Shown: positions 16,070-20,000 of the stretch, piece by piece
How positions within the stretch are numbered: position 1 is the stretch's first letter
Layout of the letters: the number at the start of each line of letters is the position of its first letter
Origin: an uncultured virus (IMG/VR IMGVR_UViG_3300046534_001898)
Lineage: Duplodnaviria; Heunggongvirae; Uroviricota; Caudoviricetes
Virus record (IMG/VR): IMGVR_UViG_3300046534_001898
Length of the DNA stretch: 20,000 bases
Reading direction: 5' to 3' (one strand)
The notes under the pieces: model-generated
Told to the model about the DNA's origin: nothing
The model's input: the letters and a program-made list of their open reading frames with translations, nothing else
Databases searched by the model: none
Made by a program: the position numbers and the translations under genes

Positions 16070-16551
16070 AAAGGAGCTTCTAGTAGCTTCTTGATGAAGT
16101 CATCTTGTTTCATAGACTTTCCTCCCATCTTTTTATCATCAGCTCTTTCACAAGAATGAATAACAAGATCACCGTCTTTCATTTTAACCGAAAGAACATG
16201 CATTGGTTGCCAATCTCCGCCAGCGTAAATAATAAGTTCAGAAGGAGTTAAGCTTTGGATTTCAGTGTTTTCGAAATCTACATGATCTCCATAGTATTCT
16301 TCTTTTCCGTCAGCATCGTCTTCCGTAAAGAAATCATCTCCTTTTCTATAAAGACATTCGCACTTGTCCTTAAAATTAGAAATGTCTTTGATGTTGTGTA
16401 GGTTTACACTGATTGATCCAGCACTCCATGAAGCGTGATCCCCAACAGAAAGGGTCAATCCACGAAGTATTTTATGAAAATTAGGCTTCTTGCCCTCTCT
16501 TAATAAAAGGTGTTCAAATATCTTGTTTCTTATATCTTCTCTTAACAGCAT
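16066..16551 (-). CDS. hypothetical protein, possibly virion-associated
   Basis: 161-aa ORF with two LLRE motifs near the N-terminus. Confidence 0.7.
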   Translation of the reverse strand: MLLREDIRNKIFEHLLLREGKKPNFHKILRGLTLSVGDHASWSAGSISVNLHNIKDISNFKDKCECLYRKGDDFFTEDDADGKEEYYGDHVDFENTEIQSLTPSELIIYAGGDWQPMHVLSVKMKDGDLVIHSCERADDKKMGGKSMKQDDFIKKLLEAPF

Positions 16552-16553
16552 TC

Positions 16554-17471
16554 TTATGAGTATTTTCTCTTAAGCATTTCGTAATCCAAAAGAGCTTGAG
16601 TTGCTGGGTGTTGTTCTAAGTCCGACTCATGAGACCAAAGTGCCTCTGCTATTTCTTGAGTTAAGGGATAAACAAAATGCTCTCCAGCCGCATACTCTTC
16701 GGCAGTTCCTAAATCTCCTCTAACAATACGATCACCAGCTGCATTTAAAAGTTGGTCAGTATCAAGAGTTGCTTCATCCCAGTGATAATCATATGAAGGA
16801 TCGCCATCTTCATCTTGACCTTCTACTTCATATGGAACGTCTCCATAATCGAATAAAATGTCACGGTAATAGTTAGGGCTTGATTTTAAATTTTCTACAT
16901 TGATAACAAACCGTTGACCTTTACCGTTGTTGACCATCATTTCTAAATCAGGGTTACCAGCATCAACTGTCAGTTGAATTGGAGAGGATTTTCCTTGGTG
17001 AACATTTAAATCTTCTTGATTCCAAGGGGCAGAAGGATCGTTTGCAGCTCCTGCTGGATAATTTTCACTTAAGCTCTTTTTTTGAGAAGCAATTTCTGAT
17101 AGTCTTTCAAGTTTAGCAAGCTTTGCCGTAACATATTCACGTAAAGCCGATTCTTTGATCTTCTTTTTCTTCTTATCTTTAACTGATTTTGGCTTAAGGT
17201 TTGAACCTTTTTGGTTAGCTAGAGAAATACTACCAGCTTCATCCAACTCTTCTTCTTCACGAACGAAATCAACGCTATTCTTCTTTGAGTTTTGAACTTT
17301 AGCATTTACGCCATTTTTTACGGTCTTAGAAAGACCAATACCTTCATCTAAATCTTTTTTATAGCATTCAAACCAAGCTGATAGCTTATCGTCATCTGGG
17401 CAAGATTTTCCTTCTTTACCTTCGCTGTAAAATTGTTGTGCTTGTTGTTTGTATTCTTCGAAAGTGATCAT
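16554..17471 (-). CDS. acidic hypothetical protein, possibly a head-internal protein
   Basis: 305-aa ORF with IKESALREYV and LSEN motifs. Confidence 0.75.
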   Translation of the reverse strand: MITFEEYKQQAQQFYSEGKEGKSCPDDDKLSAWFECYKKDLDEGIGLSKTVKNGVNAKVQNSKKNSVDFVREEEELDEAGSISLANQKGSNLKPKSVKDKKKKKIKESALREYVTAKLAKLERLSEIASQKKSLSENYPAGAANDPSAPWNQEDLNVHQGKSSPIQLTVDAGNPDLEMMVNNGKGQRFVINVENLKSSPNYYRDILFDYGDVPYEVEGQDEDGDPSYDYHWDEATLDTDQLLNAAGDRIVRGDLGTAEEYAAGEHFVYPLTQEIAEALWSHESDLEQHPATQALLDYEMLKRKYS

Positions 17472-17500
17472 GGTGTAAGTTGTTTTGTATAAATATGTAT

Positions 17501-17544
17501 AAAAAGACGAATCCAGACACCGTAGCGAATGGTAGTCTGGATTC
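17501..17544 (-). terminator. intrinsic terminator (minus strand)
   Basis: 10-bp stem GAATCCAGAC/GTCTGGATTC followed on the minus strand by GTCTTTTT. Confidence 0.6.
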
Positions 17545-17581
17545 TATTAGCCGTAATTTAACAGTCCTATGGCTCGTATCT

Positions 17582-17902
17582 TTAAAGTTGCTCTGACTCT
17601 TTTTTGTCAAGAAGTCCGAGAATGTGTTCTCTTGCTAATTCTGGGTGGTATTCTCTACCGTATCCATTAAACCCTCCAATCGTTGATGGAACTACAACGT
17701 GAATCATTGTATCGCCTCTATAATTGTGTTTACCTGTAATGAAATCCTTTTTTTCTGGCATGATCTCAGGTAAAACTTCAACAACTTTTCTTAATTCATC
17801 TCTTATAGTGACAATCATAAAACCCATCAAATATTCTGGATTATTATTTTTATCGTTTGGGTCTTTATCTTCCCATCGTTTTGGTGGGTTGTATTTTTTC
17901 AT
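17582..17902 (-). CDS. hypothetical protein
   Basis: 106-aa ORF co-oriented with its neighbours. Confidence 0.7.
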   Translation of the reverse strand: MKKYNPPKRWEDKDPNDKNNNPEYLMGFMIVTIRDELRKVVEVLPEIMPEKKDFITGKHNYRGDTMIHVVVPSTIGGFNGYGREYHPELAREHILGLLDKKESEQL

Positions 17903-17958
17903 AAGTCTTGCGAAATTGTATTCTTTTACATATTCACGAGCTGTATCAAATTTAGCTT

Positions 17959-18825
17959 TCAGTTCTTTTTGGACTTTTTTTTCTTCATTCCAAAAATATC
18001 AAGCTCTTCTAATGAATCATTTTCCATTAAACTATTAAGTTCTGAGAGTTTATCCATCTTCATCTTATGAAGTCTAGTCAAGTGGTTCTTTTTAGCAATC
18101 TGCATCTCTACTGAATTAGGATCAACATCATCAGCAGTTTCTATACCAGCTCTAAAATCTTCTATATCTCCACTCACGCTAGGGTCAATGAAATCATTTC
18201 CAATATCAGTTGATGCCATATTTTTTGCGCTCATAGTATCTAAGAACTCATCGGATACCTCTTCTAAAGCGGCAAGTTGTTTCTCTAAATCCGAGTAAGC
18301 TGTATGCATAGCATCCTCATCACCCATTGCATCGTCACCAGTACTGATTGCTCCCGACATATCTCTAAAGGCATCCATGCTTCCTGCATCACCTGCTTGA
18401 CCCATGTTATTCTGAGCAACGTTCAGACCATGTTGTAAATCCATTTGATCTTTATACTTGTCCATCATATCTGATTCATCAAAAGCTACAGTTTCATTAA
18501 CGTTAGCGGTTCTAATCATAATAGCTGGCTCTATAATATCGTTAGCATCTTCTCTAGGAATCGACATGTTCGCACCGTTACGGTCAGTGAAAGAAACGCT
18601 ACCATCATTGATTTCGTTTACTTGCATTCCCCAGTTTGAGAACTTCTCTTTAATCTTTTCTGACTCAAAAGCTTCATTTAAAGAGGTAGTTAGCTCTTCT
18701 TGCTCCTGAATGTTTTTATTAGGAAAGTGAAAATCTTGAGGTAAAAGAGTTTCTAGCTGACCTGCAATCTCTTTTTTTCTCTTTTGAATATTTTCGTAAT
18801 TCGCTGATACTGAGTTATTTTTCAT
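17959..18825 (-). CDS. acidic Met/Asp-rich hypothetical protein, possibly virion-associated
   Basis: Likely start is ATG 18825 (MKNNSVSAN); the ORF-track extension overlaps plus-strand promoters. Confidence 0.75.
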   Translation of the reverse strand: MKNNSVSANYENIQKRKKEIAGQLETLLPQDFHFPNKNIQEQEELTTSLNEAFESEKIKEKFSNWGMQVNEINDGSVSFTDRNGANMSIPREDANDIIEPAIMIRTANVNETVAFDESDMMDKYKDQMDLQHGLNVAQNNMGQAGDAGSMDAFRDMSGAISTGDDAMGDEDAMHTAYSDLEKQLAALEEVSDEFLDTMSAKNMASTDIGNDFIDPSVSGDIEDFRAGIETADDVDPNSVEMQIAKKNHLTRLHKMKMDKLSELNSLMENDSLEELDIFGMKKKKSKKN

Positions 18826-18863
18826 TGTCGATGTCTTTATTTCTAGTAAATAATCAAAAAAAA

Positions 18864-18980
18864 TTTGTTTCCTATGTAACTTTTTGTATATTTGTGCGTT
18901 CAATAACCCAAGAGCAACGAAAGTTTTTTGAAAAAATATTAAATTAGTTTTGGTATTATAAAAAAAGTTTTATATATTTG
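18864..18980 (+). promoter_or_regulatory. tandem promoters upstream of the large ncRNA
   Basis: TTTG 18864 with TATATTTG 18887, overlapping TGTAAC-N16-CGTT 18875-18900; a second pair TTTG 18949 with TATATTTG 18973. Confidence 0.72.
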
Positions 18981-19024
18981 CTCTTCAATAAGGGAAGTGT
19001 CCCTTGAAAATGTTCTTTGAAATA

Positions 19025-19818
19025 AAAATTTTCAGGCTGTTTGGAGTCTGTTTCTTGTCCTTCGGGGCTAGAATAGCTAACCCTCTTCGGAGGTGCAGAA
19101 AATAAGTGCCGTAAGGCATGTAAAGGTCGGGTTAACAACCGATTCGCCTTTTTCTTAAGTTCGCTTAATTGGAGGTCAACCAAAAAATGATGAGTATACT
19201 CTGGATGGCATAATTGCTGAAGGGGTCTCGTGTTTAGTGAATAGATGCGAGTGAGGTGTAACAGCCAATCTGTGTAGAAAACAGTTAATAAGAAAGTCAG
19301 GGGTTTTAATGCAAGTGTGAAAAGCGAGTGTTGAGTCCATAAGGTTTTAAATGCGTAAAGTTCCTTCGGGAGCAGTGTTTGCCACTTTGATCTCCGTATC
19401 AAAACGGAGTAGGAAGGCGTGTAGTATTTTGTGACGAAAGTTACGAAGCTACTCCTAAACCACGTCTTCCAGTTGAACTAAAAAGGTCGGATGCCAAATC
19501 CGAGTTTTTCACTATAAATGAAAAATCACAGCAAAAGTGTTTAGGCGTTGGATTTCCAAAAATTCTCTAAACCCATCCTTGAGGTGGGGATATGGAGGCT
19601 GCAAGCCTCGGTGTTTTGATGATGTGAGTATGATGATGATTGGCTTAGCGGTTGGTCGTTGTAGTAAAGCGTGTCGAGTAAGAACCAACGTAACGAAGTT
19701 GTTTCCCGTAAGGAGACCGAGATTACCGAGTACAGGTGGCAACATCTGTGGACATGAAACCTAACCGAAAGGGTACGGGGTTCTAAAGATCGGTACTAAA
19801 GCTTTAGTCTCAGGCTTT
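19025..19818 (+). ncRNA. large ornate ncRNA, GOLLD-like (ends approximate)
   Basis: ~800 nt, GC-richer than its flanks, no credible ORF; many UUCG/GNRA hairpins (CCTC-TTCG-GAGG, TGCC-GTAA-GGCA, GTGAC-GAAA-GTTAC, ACAGGTG-GCAA-CATCTGT); long-range helices GGAAGGCGTG/CACGTCTTCC and TACCGA/TCGGTA; bracketed by promoters and terminators. Confidence 0.7.
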
Positions 19819-19828
19819 TAAAACATTT

Positions 19829-19901
19829 TCCTCGGCTTCGCAGAGGATTTTTCCCCTCATCTATAAGAGTTTCGGCTTGGACAGGTGAGGGGTTTGTTTT
19901 T
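19829..19901 (+). terminator. tandem terminator-like hairpins
   Basis: TCCTC-GGCTTCGCA-GAGGA followed by TTTTT, then CCCTCATCT...AGGTGAGGG followed by GTTTGTTTTT. Confidence 0.6.
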
Positions 19902-20000
19902 ATAAGGATTTATTTGTTAACTAGCTTGATATTGTCACATTGTTTTACTATTTTTTGATTAAATATAGAAAACAATTCAAATGGGCTTAATAGATTTAAA

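Noticed and set aside
644..18709. Antisense or alternate-frame ORFs (644, 2411, 3427, 5751, 5897, 6627, 8536, 9180, 9903, 9916, 10646, 11141, 11936, 13690, 15211, 17416, 17724, 18458)
   Set aside because: Each lies largely within or across better supported genes and shows no motif.
18956..19764. ORFs 18956-19402, 19512-19745 and 19537-19764
   Set aside because: Atypical composition and overlap with a densely structured RNA; treated as shadow ORFs.
1..20000. Genome-wide stop-codon reassignment (code 15)
   Set aside because: Long genes are intact under code 11; only one in-frame TAG was found, and it falls at an expected Trp rather than Gln position.
19981..20000. Start of a gene at the window edge (MGLIDL)
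   Set aside because: Only 6 codons are visible, which is insufficient to call.

Overview
AT-rich, gene-dense segment most consistent with a large (jumbo) phage infecting a Bacteroidota host, probably Flavobacteriia. The evidence is TAnnTTTG promoters, a T9SS-type cargo gene, tail-tube-like genes and a tRNA array. The left half is a translation and RNA-repair locus: clustered Asp and Ala tRNAs plus degenerate tRNA-like variants, tyrosyl-tRNA synthetase, a T4 Rnl1-type RNA ligase, RtcB and a long-variable-arm CAT tRNA. The most striking unexplained system is at 7893-10469. One promoter drives a tRNA-Gly(TCC)-like RNA with a ~57-nt insert in its anticodon stem, then three tandem covarying hairpins, then a 684-aa protein with a TerD-like C-terminus. 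The insert is a circular permutation of the hairpin motif, which suggests a Ro/Y-RNA-like ribonucleoprotein module. Other notable elements: a 57-nt alanyl mini-tRNA resembling the tmRNA tRNA-like domain, a ~800-nt GOLLD-like RNA, five TGTAAC-N16-CGTT promoter-like motifs and a tail-tube-like gene with an in-frame TAG. All family calls come from motif recognition by eye; no searches were run.
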